From Pelomyxa schiedti (lineage: Eukaryota > Protista > Evosea), in contig JAHLWZ010000489.1 in the NCBI GenBank assembly GCA_020536535.1, positions 1 through 64,000 of the forward strand: a stretch of 64,000 nt of DNA. Reading direction: 5' to 3'. The notes below the pieces were generated by a model. That model searched no databases. It worked only from the letters and a program-made list of their open reading frames with translations, and was not told the origin of the DNA. The stretch's first letter is position 1. Each line of letters begins with the position of its first letter. Position numbers and translations under genes: made by a program. Positions 11,604 through 24,489 of this stretch are shown here, piece after piece.

Positions 11604-12304
11604 ATGGAGGCTCTCGGGCGTGTTGCGGTGGTGATGGCGATTGTTGGTCTGGTTGGCACAGCGATTATGGGATGTGATGGGGCCACGGCCAACTGCACGA
11701 GCGACAGGGCGATGACGGTGTCCATTACTAGTGACAAGGACAACCAATTCTCGCTGGTGGCCATGGGATACCCATGGGTCCCATCGGATGTGTCCCACGG
11801 CACACTCTACGGCACTCCCCCGGTATGTGTGTTACCCCCCCCGGGTTTTGTTTTGTTTTGTTTTGTTTTGTTTTGTTTTGTTTTGTTTTGTTTTGTTTTG
11901 TTTTGTTTTGTTTTGTTTTGTTTTGTTTTGTTTTGTTTTGTTTTGTTTTGTTTTGTTTTGTTTTGAAGCTGACTGTGGATAGACATTCAAAATTTTTGCT
12001 ATGAATGACAACTGCGGCCTGGGGCAGGATTGCTATGACACTTTCGCGTTCACTATGACCTACAGTGACACGTGAGTTACTCCCTCTTGTTTTATTGCTG
12101 GGATATAGAATGACATACATGGCCAGGTACTACGCAATAGCCCTAACAGGGACTGACAAATCCGGGGATGAGAGCTGGACTTGTGATCAATCAACCTCCA
12201 CGTGTGTATTGCTCTTCCCCTTCTATGTATATCAAGCAATTCCTAAAACCACACAGGGGATACTGTGGACCAAAGACAATGCAGTGCAAGTGGTCCTCAT
12301 CTGA
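11604..12304 (+). CDS. Small secreted hypothetical protein (signal peptide, multi-exon)
   Basis: MEALGRVAVVMAIVGLVGTAIMGCDGA signal-like start; intron 11823-11982; continues TFKIFAMNDNCGLGQDCYDTFAFTMTYSDT..GILWTKDNAVQVVLI*. Confidence 0.6.
11845..11964. repeat. Perfect (GTTTT)24 microsatellite inside an intron
   Basis: 120 bp of uninterrupted GTTTT units, read directly. Confidence 0.98.
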
Positions 12305-12341
12305 TCACATCTATTTCGACCTCAATCTATGCTAGAGATAA

Positions 12342-13197
<856 letters not shown>

Positions 13198-13326
13198 GTT
13201 GAGTGATGACACCGGCACTTTCACACCTCACAGACTTCATTTTGTATGGATAATAAGTAACACGCATCTCTTTTGTTGATTATGCAATGTGCGCTTCATT
13301 TCACAAGTAATTCCATAAAACGGAAG

Positions 13327-14757
13327 TCAGTGTCGGTAGTTGAGGTTGCAGTCCCTTTTTGTTCTCAGTTTCTGCTTTCTGATATAGGGTATCCACTTTT
13401 GCATCTTTTTGGGAAGTTAGTACACAAACAAAAAACTAGCACAAATACTTGTTCTGTATCCAGCAAAGTTTCCACTGTGTTGTAGCTCTGTGCTAGCGTT
13501 TTGTTGTCCCAAAAATTGTGCACTGCGTTGTGACATGGTCTGCATATCTGAGAGGATTGGAATAAGATACATAACGATCGGTGGTCTCATTTAAAACGAG
13601 GGAGGCTGGCGGTGGAGTGTCATAAGAATAAGAGTGTGCGTACCATGATTCCTTGATTCAGAACTTTTTTCTTCCAACCCTTCTTTACATACCTCTCGTG
13701 AACCTGACGCGGAATTACGTGGTGCTTTGTGAGTGGCATTTCTCTTTCGCATAGTTCACATTCACCCTCCCCAAGTATCTCCCCTTCTTCCTCATCCTCG
13801 TCATCATCGTCGTCATCGTCACCATCGCTGTCAGTATCATTTTCACTTCCTTCATCATCACTGGAATCGCTCTTTTTCGGCTTTTTGTTTGTATTGTTAG
13901 TGCGGGAACATAAATTTGTTTGAATATGGAAAAAGGAATAAAATGGGTGCATACAATAGGCGGGACATATCCAGGAATCATTCCACACTAACGCCGTTAG
14001 CTATACGGGAACAGGTATTGTACGGCAAGATAAGTTACCTTCTGTAGTTCTAGAAACAATTTGTCACATAATTGCGTTATCTCGTCGCGGCTCAATTCAC
14101 TAATAAAACCAAGTAAGTGCCAAGTGATTCGATTCCAATCCAACAAATAGGCATCCCAACCCAGCCGACCAACCTTTCGAGCCACTCGCCGACGAGCCTC
14201 ACCACGTCCGCGGATGTGGCCAGCGAGGCCAGCGGCGCCTCGTGCAGCACCTCCCCCATGTACGACACCACGTACTCGTTGGCCCCCGGCACCGACGCGA
14301 TCACGCTCGCCGCCACCACCTCCTCCACCGCCTCCAGGCTCACGCCCCCCTCCCCCTCCCCGTCCCCGTCCTTCCCCTCCTCTGCGTCGTCGCTGTCTGG
14401 CGTGCTCGCTGGCTTGCGTGCCGGTGGGGCTTTGTTCTTTGCTGGGGTGGGCGACGTGGTGTGTGCCTTGGTGGTGGTGGTGGACGTTGGCTTCCTTGTC
14501 TTCTTGGCGGTGCTGCCGAGAACAAGGACAACGGGGGGCGCCGGGCCACTGCTGCCACCACGACCACGAGCCCCTCCAGTGGTGGTGCTGCTCGCTGTTG
14601 CCGTTGTTGTTGCCTTTGCTGTGGTGGTGGTGCCGCCCCTCTTTGGTGGTGTTGTTGTTGTTGGCGACGGCGGGGGCCCTGGCTTGTTGCGAGTACCGAC
14701 GGCGGATGTAGCCGCGGTTGTGGTACCGCCTCGGCTGCGTCCCCCTCTGCTTGACAT
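13327..14757 (-). CDS. Protein with basic low-complexity N-terminus, acidic linker and C-terminal HNH-like zinc domain
   Basis: GECELCEREMPLTKHHVIPRQVH..ICRPCHNAVHNF..LAQSYNTVETLL: CxxC..HH..CxxCH arrangement of the HNH/YisB-like fold. Confidence 0.7.
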
Positions 14758-15171
14758 CAAACTCGGTTTTCTAAGAAAAGACCATGTTCAACAAAAAACG
14801 AGTCTCGTGCTCTGGAATGCTATTCGATCAGGCTCGGGGGGAAGTACCCAGACGTAGCCCAGGCAGCGCCCGACCACACGAATCCCATCCACTAGCACAA
14901 GTTTCGCTGCCCTGGTGGGCAAAACTCCGACCTGCACTGGCCATAAGTTAGTCCTCCAGTTTCCTCAAACACCCTTATGGGTGGCAGCTCTATGCCTGGA
15001 CAGATGAAATGGATACTCCTTTACCATGCATTTAGTGGTAGGAATCATTTCTCCCTCTTCTTTTAGGTTTATAAATATGGGGTATGTTACAATGAAAGTG
15101 GGGCCGGTTGTTGTGTTGTTGGGTTGATGTAACCAGAACTTTCCGTGGGCTATACATACAAACTGCAGGAA

Positions 15172-18100
15172 TCAAGGGTCACCCGGGGATGGTGGAGTAT
15201 CAGGAGGGGAACAGTCCTCAACGCGGCAGTGCCGCATCCTCTTGTTTTGCATCCACTTGCAGCCAAACACTCCGGCAGCTATGGCACCACCGCCGGCACA
15301 AAGTCCGGCGATCGAAACAAGTGCCCACGCCCACGCAAGGTTCTTGTTGTGGTGATTGGGTTTCCCGGATGATGACGACGGTTCGGGAAGTGACTCGACG
15401 GGGGAGGACGAGGCCAATTCGCCGGAAGAATCTGCGGGGGATTCTGATTCTGATGTTGAGTGCGAATGTGAATGTGAATGCGATGTTGAATGAGAGTGAC
15501 TGGCCGAAGTGGAATCGGAATGTGAGGGGACTTGGGAGTGGGGGTGGGATGTGGATCCAGAATCAGAACCGGATCGAGAACCGGAACCGGATTTGGAGAC
15601 GGATGTGGATACAGATTCTGACAGTGAGGCTGAATGAGAAGATTGTGAGTAGGAAGACTCGGATACGGATGAAGAAGACTGGGAAGAGGAGGAAAATGAC
15701 TCAGACGAAGAAGACTGTGACGATGATGACAGGGACTCAGACGAGGATGATTGCGAGGAAGATTCGGATTCTGATAGTGAGACAGAGTCGGAATGCGATG
15801 ACGACAAAGAGAGCGAATTTGAGGATGAAGACTGGACTGAGGAAGATTGTGAGGAAGATAATTGAGAGGAGGACGACTGTGAAGATGACTGCGACGATGA
15901 AGATGACAGTGATAAGGAAGCAGATGATGATGACTGCGATGAAGATGACTGCGACGAAGATGAGTGCGACAAAGATGACGAAAAGGACTCAGACGATGAA
16001 GCGGAATGAGATGATTCAGACGATGATGATACTGAAGAAGATGATGACAACGAAGATGATAAAGAAGAAGAAGACTGGGACTGTGATGAGGAGATTACAC
16101 AGCACTCTTGATTTCCACCAAGGTTATCAAGGCCTTCGGGACATAGTGTGCACCCACGGGTTTCGTTCGTTGCATCACCACCATAGCCCCGTAAGCACCA
16201 GCAGAAGGAGGAATTAGTTGTGGAAGTAGAATGTAGAGGACAGGGCACGCAACTTCCTACACCACCAAGTGAATATGTTCCAGGTTGACAGAGCAAACAG
16301 TAATTTCCACTTTTCCCACTTCCCGGTAAACACATGCATCCTGTTGCAGCTCTGTTTATCGTCGTAGTATTGCCCGGGCAAGTAGTACAATTGTTGTTAC
16401 TTGTTTCTGATTTGTAAGTGCCCTCCAAGCAAGGGTTGCAGCTTGGTCCACCATAGCCTGGGTTGCACAAGCACATAGTGTGATTCGATGTAGTGGAAGA
16501 GTTGGATGGGCATGAGCCACAGAGCGCGTTAGCGGTAGTCTGTTTGTATTTATTATTTTGGCATAGGGTACACTGGGACAGTTCAGCTGAACCCTCATAT
16601 CCTGGGAGGCATAAACAAGAGCTTTTAGACACCTTCCCAGTTCCAAGGGTAGTCGAATTTGGTACACATGGCGTACATGCAGAATTGGACGTGTTATTTT
16701 TGAAGGTTCCTGTGGCACAAGGAGTGCACACTCCAGTATTCAATGAAAAGCCTTCAAGACATAAGCACTGTGAGGAGAGAATAGAGGCTACGGCTAGGGT
16801 GGTGGAGTTTCCTATGCAAGGAGTGCAAACTGCGTTTGAAGTATCGGATTTATAAGTTGCAGTCGCGCAAGGAGAACAGCCCAGTATAGAATCAAAGTTG
16901 GTATACCCAGGTAGACAATAAAACTGGCTTAAAGAGGTGGCTCCCAGCGCAGTGGTATTTGTGTGAGGCGGGCCTGTTATGCAAGGAGAATTGCCTTGGC
17001 TCGCCTTGTAAGTGCCATAGGGGCAGAGGGTACAACTGCCAGAAGTATCGTTTGCATATCCACCATATCCTGCTTTGCATACACAGTCCTGGATGGTAAT
17101 AGAGGTGTTTTTATTGTTGGTGGAGGAGGCAGTGCAGTGAGTGCAAGCAATGTTGGCGTCTGTTCCTTTGTACTGATCTAAAGGGCAGGCTGTGCAAACT
17201 CCGGTTGAGGCATCTCCTCCATATCCCTTGGAGCAAATACAAGCGGACCGTGCTTTCTGACCAGTCAGACCGAGAGTTGTTGAGGATGTAGTACAGCTGG
17301 TGCATGACCCTGTATTCAGCCATGTATCCTTGTAAGTGTTCACAGGGCAAGCTGTGCAGCTGCCTGTACTAGCATCTCCATAATTTCCTTTATCACATTT
17401 ACAATCACTTCTGGTGGACGAGCCTAGTTTTTGATTTGAGGAGTTTGTTGGACATAAAATACAGTTCCCGTTAGAAGTTGCGATCTTGTAGTAGTTTGTT
17501 TGGCAGATGGAACAGCCAAGGGAACTAGAGGCATTTCCACTGAAACCAGGCAGGCACTTGCAGTATGAGATGCTGTCCGCACCGAGTACTGTGTCGGTCG
17601 TGGAATTCCCTGTGCAAGACGTGCAACTATTTGCGTTGCCTAGTGCACTCTTCCAGGTATTAAGTGGACATTGCTGACAAGGTCCACCTGTTTCTGCATG
17701 GCCATAATACCCAGGAAGGCAGCTGCAAGATGTTATTGCAGTACTTCCAGTGGACGAAGTGGTTGACTTAGAGCAGCACGCCGTGCAATTCACGTCATTT
17801 CCCCAGGAGTTTTTATAAGTACCTAGTCCGCAGGCTGTACAAAGTGCTCCAGACGCGAGCCCAGCATTTCCCCAAAATCCAGGTTTGCACAAGCATTTAG
17901 TTTTCGCATCAGATGCAGTAGCACTATTGGTGCCACTATTAGATATACAACCAGTACAATCTGTATTTCCTCTGGCATCCTTGTAGTAGTCTGCAGAGCA
18001 CGCAGAACAGGCTCCTGTAATGTACCCATAGCCTTTTATGCAAGCACAATCAGATACTGAAGTTGCAATCTGAATTACTGTAGTTGCTTGTGAAACACAT

Positions 18101-20835
18101 GCTGTGCAAGGAGTATTTGCTGTAGCTGACTTCCAGTAGTTGTAACCACATACATCGCAGGTAGCAGGGGGAGTGAAAGAGGTATTTTTATAACCAGGCG
18201 AACACTTACACTGAGATGGAGATGTGGAGCCAGAAGCACTAACGGAGTTTGTGGGGCAGGTGCTACAAGGATCATTTGATAGTACGTCCTTGTAAGTGTT
18301 GATTGCACAAATTTGGCAGGACCCCGCTGATAAAGTGTACCCTGGACTGCACAAGCATTGGGAAGACAATGTTGAAGTTTGAGAGCTAGTGTTGCTGTAA
18401 GCGCCACAAGAACTGCAGGCGCTATCCAATGCTGTGGACCACTTCCCATATCCACATACTTTGCACCCACTAGGAATTGCAGACTTTCCAGGATCGTTTG
18501 AAGTGTACCCCGCTTTGCACCGACAGTCATTTGAGCAGTAATGCCAGCTATTTGCTGGACACGTCGCAGTGCAGTTTACAAGGTATGATGTGAGGGGACA
18601 CAGGCAGCTTCCATATGTCCCTGCTGAGTATCCTGCAAACTCACAGTTGGTTCCACAGGTCCTGTGTACAAACAAAAATGTTAGACACCTTGGGGTGAAA
18701 AGGAATTTACATCGATGTGCAACTGCATTTACCAGTCTCAAGAGAGCATACACCAGCTCCACTGCAGGTGCCATCAGTGCCACATAATGTTGAACAGGTT
18801 GAACCTCCGTAACCTTCATAGCAGTGACAAACTTTGCTGTCACTGCATATGCCTTGAGAACATAAACACAGTGATGCTTTGCCATAAAATGTCCTCTGTA
18901 AAAGGTCTCAGTCCAATGGAGGGGGGAGAAAAGCATACGAATGATGTGGGAGACTGTCCTGTGTAACCACTCACATAGATATTTTCACTATCTGAGAGAA
19001 TTGCAGTAGGCCACTCTGCAGATGAAGAGGTGAGTTGTCCGGCTGACATACATGTCCCATCTGTTGTACTTAGTCTCAAAATACATGCGTCAGTGACGTC
19101 AGCATATCTTGTGGTGGTGGTTACTTGGACGAAAATAGAACATGGCATACAGTGTCGTTGAACATAGAGATAGCTTTGCTGTAAACGGAAAAGCAGCATA
19201 TATGGTGGTCCCAGAAACGGCAGAAAGTGCAAAGGCTGTTTCACCCCACGGATATGTTGCCTGAATTATTCGTTATATAATGATCAGGGAACAAGTTAGA
19301 ACATACCGATGAGATCAAAGGCGGTAGGATGTATGATTCTTGGTAAGCACGTGCCCACTGGCAAGTCAGAGTGTAACTTGACCCTTGGCCAGTTATTTTT
19401 GCCAAAAAAACAGCTTCAGTTGTTGCTGTGAGAGAAGTGCTACAAATAGTGGTGGTGCCATTGAATCGTCCAAAGATATAATAAGCATATGATGAGGTAG
19501 TGATGGATAAAACACCAAGTTCACCACGAGACCCAGAATTCGGCGATACAACAGAGAGAGGGGTGACAGTAGCACCAGTATCTGGGTCTGCAAGCCATTT
19601 AGAGTTCAAGGTTTTCAGACGGTACCATACTCAGACAATAGACATAGCTGATAGTAGGTGTTGATACACCCACTATAGGGTAATATGTCGAGGTGGGAAT
19701 GTATGCCTGAATTCCTATGGATCTGATTGTCCCAGATGTCGTTGAAAGTTTCACAAGCCATGAAACAGATTGCCCGATCATTTTCATGACCCAGGCCTAG
19801 TTGGATCAGTCAAAGGGCACCGGTTTTGATAATACATACATCCCGGTTTGGAGAGGAGTATATTGAGTAGGTTGTGTCATTGTACGCTGCATAAAAAGGA
19901 GCTCCTGATAGGGCAACAAAGTATCCTCCCCAATACAACGTATTCGATGAAGCCTGAATGAATTGTGTCACAACGGAGAGATATTGTAAAACAAGTACTC
20001 ATACTTGATAGGAACACGCTGTGGGTGCAATGCCTCCATTGACAGTGGATTTAGTAACATGTACCCAAGCTACAACGCCATCAGCACCTACACGCATGAC
20101 AAAGGGCATTCCATAGGTAGCCGTGCCAAAATCAGACCGTAGAATCGAACCAAAATAGGTTGGCCCACTCACAAGACCAACAACAAACACTCCAGATGTA
20201 AAAAAAAGTTAAAGGAAACGCTCAAAAGTAACAGAAAAAGGGATGTAAAAGGATATCCACCAGCATCACATATGGCGCACATTTGCGCTTTGAAGCTTGA
20301 ACTTATGGTTCCATCAGAAGTAACTCTTGTTACCCATTGGTAGGTTCCATTAGTAAAGAGTTTGGCAACGTAGCCAGTTTGAGTTGCAGTAGAGGACAAC
20401 TTTTGTGAGTTAGTATTTTCTCAGTACAATGGGGGAGGAAAAATACTTGGTTTATGACTATCCCAGGTGGGAAAGTCCAACTTGCTCCACCCGCTGCACC
20501 AGTCAAAGTTCCTATTGTATAAACCTACAGATAATAAATAACCCACCTCCACAAAATACTCTTTAACCAACCTCCAAAATTTAAAAAAAGAAAGGAAACG
20601 AAAAAAAAAGGGGGAAAAAAAAAAAGAAAACAACCTGGCCGGCAGACAACACTGCAGTCGGACCCATCATCATGTTTGAGCTCGTCGCGGCCAACGCCCC
20701 AACCCCAGGCGACTGCGTCCACACGTCCCCGAACATCCTGTCCTCCCCAAAAACCCCGCACCCACTCATCATCGTCATCACCGCCGTCACAAACAAAATC
20801 GCCAACGCATTGTGGGTGGTACCGCCCTCCCACAT
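15172..20835 (-). CDS. Large type I surface protein: signal peptide, beta-propeller-like N-terminus, about 16 ephrin-receptor-like (GCC2/GCC3) Cys repeats, Ser-rich stalk, TM helix
   Basis: Hydrophobic leader NALAILFVTAVMTMMSGCGVFG; repeats C..C...YK...N..C..C..NS.T....S...C.C..GY; about 200 aa Ser-rich segment; TM LAWAWALVSIAGLCAGGGAIAAGVFGC. The tail may have further exons to about 14800. Confidence 0.85.
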
Positions 20836-21117
20836 TCTTCTCCTCCTGCTCCTCCCTCGCGAGGGTGCTGCGTGCGCCCTGCAACCACAACTAATTTTAC
20901 ACGACATCAACAGCAGTATGTTTTGTTTCGTTGAGCTCTTTTCAGAGAATTTCCGTCACCCAAAAACAACGCGTGGGTTCCTGCGGGATTCCGGACCTCC
21001 AGCCACTCCCTCCCCCAACAAAGGGCACCAACCACCTCCCTCTTGTTCCAATTCACACCCCCCAGTTGTGGGTGTGGAACAGCCGGTCCACATCACAATA
21101 ATCAAAACCGTTTCGAA

Positions 21118-24100
21118 ATGGCATCGGCGCCAGTGCCCGGGCAACGGCTGAGCGGCATCGACTCTAGCGACGCGTGGCCCAGCGGCTCCACGTCCCCGCC
21201 GCTGCCGCCCAGGGGAGCAGCACCCCCAGCCACGACCACCACCACCAAGAGTGCCACCAGCATACAGTTCTCCGCCACGCTGACAACCGCCTCGCCTGTT
21301 ATCGACGAAGGATCAGACGGCGACGGCTACGCGGGGGGCAACCCGCCAACCACGACGACTACCACTACTACTACAACTACTACTACGAGCGTGGGTGGTG
21401 ATGGGGGTGGGGGCACAGGGAGCAGTAGCAACAAGAGGCGTCGTGGCGGGCACGGGCACGAGCACGAGCACGGGGGCGAGAGGGAGCTCCTGGATGTGGA
21501 CGGTCGGTACCAACCTATATATATACTTGTAGCTATTTTTAGATAAAGCTGTGATTGAGTAACTTGTGTTACTGTACATCAATATGTATATGTACATATG
21601 TTAAGCCAGCTAGCGTGTGTGTCTGCGCGAGGGTGGTTTCGCCACACGCCATCTAATGAGCCAAAGAAGATGAACACCATGAGGGTGGGGGTGGTGAACG
21701 GCAACCTCTGGTTGCTTCATCTCGTGTGCCCAAAAAAGATCCGCTGCCTCCGCTCAAGACGTGCACAAATCTGATTTCGTTGATCGCTGCCTGCAGAGAG
21801 CGAGCAAAGAGAGATGGCTTGTGGTTTGCAGTGGAAGTATTTATCTCTATAATCCCGTTTGTTGTGGCTGGCTTTATTACTGCTGCAGTACTGGCGCTAC
21901 TCTGGGGATTTGAAGAAACCTGGAACGCTCTTGGGTGGCAAGGATGGGCTACCATGGCTGTAACCATCTTTTTGGTTTTAGTTCTTCTCAAGGAAGTGAC
22001 CCACCCAGCCGTCATGGTGATGGCAGCGGACCTAATTCTGGTTCACCTTGTTAGTGCATAAATTTTTTTATTCTCAGTGTGCACCAGGTCTGCATGACTG
22101 TTATAACCATTGATGATGCTTGTGCCGGTTTTGGAAATACAAGTGTGGCAACCATAGCTATTATGTTAATTGTCAGTGAAGGAATTAAGTATGCCTCCAG
22201 ATTATTTTGTCGTCTTATCCTTTCAGAGAGACAAAGGCCTTAGATATTATTGGGCGTTATGTTCTTCCAAAGGGAAAACAAGTATAAGCGGTCTCACACA
22301 CAAAAAAAAACTAAATTCACAAGGCCCGTTACTTGTGGTGGGCTCAAGTTCGCTTGTTAGTGCCAGTACAGTGCTTATCGGCATTCCTCAACAACACTCC
22401 TTGTGTTGCCATGAATATTCCTGTTGTGATGAACTATTGTAAAACAACGGGAAGAAGGTAATAACTATTACTTCTTCATACCTGACATTTTCAAACAGCC
22501 CGTCAAAGATGCTTATGCCACTGAGCTTTGGTGTAATTGTTGGTGGGCTTATTACTCTTGTAGGTACCAGTACTAATATGGTGGTTGTCGGACTGCTTCA
22601 AGATGTTGCTCCACATATAACCTTGGGAATGTTTGAAATAGGTATTGCTATTTCACTTAGCATTTTTTAATGAAGTTAGGCATTATTGGCGTTCCACTTT
22701 CTATACTGACTGTACTCTACACGGTTTTTGCTTCCAGGTATTGCTCATGTGGCAACCAACCCATAACCTTTCTTAACAAAGGCTTCTGCCAGACGACCGC
22801 CGTACATCACTTATGGAAAGCTACACAGGAAATCAGCATGACTATACTGTTACTGTTGCCGTTCAAAAAGATTCTGTTGTGGTTGGTAATACAATTGGAG
22901 GAGCTGGTTTAAGGAATCTCTCTGGGCTATATCTATTTGCTGTTGAGCGAAGATTGGAAGTATACGTCCAATAATATCTTTTCTTTTCCTCACAAATTAT
23001 AGTTTTTGCCTGAAACGAATCCAGACACTGTAATTCTTGCAGATGATGTACTTTATTTCAGTGGAGCGGTAAAATCCGTGAAAGAGCTACTGGCAATAGA
23101 TGGCTTGCAGCCTCGAGAGCATTCTAGAATTGCAGGAGTTCAAGATAAACACCTGGGATTGCTGGAAGTTGTACTTGACCCGAAGTCTCAGTTGATTGGG
23201 CAGACTATCAGAGAATCAAAATTCAGGTCAGTTGCAGCTGATGATTTTTAGACGACCACCTAAATGAACCAAAACAAGGACAACTTATAAGGCCTCGGTG
23301 GTTGCTGTCTCTCGACGGGGAAAAGCCATAAAAGGCAAACTTGGTGACCTTAGATTGAAGCAAGGTGACCTGATACTGGTGCTGGCCCCACGCTCTTTTA
23401 TACGTGATTACTCCAACAATTTTCTTCTCATATCGGAGATATCAGGCAGCGCTCTCTTTTCATTTACACCGTATGTTCATAAAACAATATGGACGCCTTC
23501 ACCCACTGTAAACAGATGGCAAGTGATTACGTCTTTAGTGTGCCTGCTAGTTCCAGTTTGCCTTGCTGCTACTGAAAAGGTTTCCCTTGCTACAGTCGGA
23601 ATGGCCGGTGTATTCGGACTGATTATCACTGGAGTACTTACAGTGCAACAATGTGTCAGAGCAATAGAGGCACGTTCCCGTACTCCCGGCCACCGTCACC
23701 TTAACTATTTACAGGGCCTTGTTCTTATCACCGTGGCGGGGTCATTTGCCCTTTCCACCGCCATCAGCAACTCCGGTGTTGCAGTGACCATCGCCAATTC
23801 TATTGTAAAGCTAGTTGGACCTTGGGTATCTAATTGCTTCTTCAACACAGTACTAAAACAGAGTTTTAGGGAGACATTGGTCTTCTTTTGGGCATCTACC
23901 TTCCCACAGTTGCTCTGACAAATATAATGAACAACACCGCTGTTGTTGCCTTGATGTTCCCAATAGTGTATGCCACACCAGCCCCTTCCCCTTAAGTAAA
24001 GGATAATGTCAGGTGGTCACTGGTTGAGAGCACAGGATTGGCCGTGAAAGCGGCAATGTATTGTCTGATGGTGTCAGCCTCATCCTGCTTTATTCTACCC

Positions 24101-24309
24101 ATAGGATACCAGACTAACCTTATGGTAATGGGTCCAGGAAACTACACGTAAGTATCCTATAACCCGATTTTACACCTGATTTAAATATAATCCTCATACA
24201 ACCAACCGATTCACACAGAATGGTGCACTTTATCAAATTCGGAACCCCTCTGACTATCCTCCTGGGGGCAGCCACTATTCTGATTCCATATTTTGTGTGG
24301 TGTGACTGA
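21118..24309 (+). CDS. SLC13/CitMHS-family anion transporter with TrkA-C domains (SLT/SAC1-like), multi-exon
   Basis: FLNNTPCVAM, PSKMLMPLSFGVIVGGLITLVGTSTNMVVVG, TrkA-C segments VVGNTIGGAGLRNLSGLYLFAVER and LIGQTIRESKFR..VVAVSRRG, TNIMNNTAVVALMFPI, PIGYQTNLMVMGPGNY. Confidence 0.9.
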
Positions 24310-24489
24310 GCAACACCATTTTTCACTCAAAAAAATCCTTTGTATCTGTACCGTGTTTTCCTCCATTTCTAAACTTGTTCTATCCTGCGATTAGAAATTC
24401 AAATTGAGTGCAAAGCGAAACGTCGTAGGGGATGTACACGGCGAAGACGCGCGATAACGACCCCACCAACTCGAAGTCGGGCTCCCATA

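Noticed and set aside
11535-12120. ORFs with FCFVL or KQNKT repeats
   Set aside because: Translations of the intronic (GTTTT)24 microsatellite.
14780-15060. Possible snRNA/tRNA in the gap after the HNH gene
   Set aside because: No tRNA cloverleaf, Sm site or snRNA signature recognised; an ACTAAC..CAG acceptor suggests extra 3' exons of the surface-protein gene instead.
15108-16217. 369-aa plus-strand Met/Thr/Lys/Arg-rich ORF
   Set aside because: Antisense shadow of the Ser-rich stalk of the surface protein; no independent domain or splice signals.
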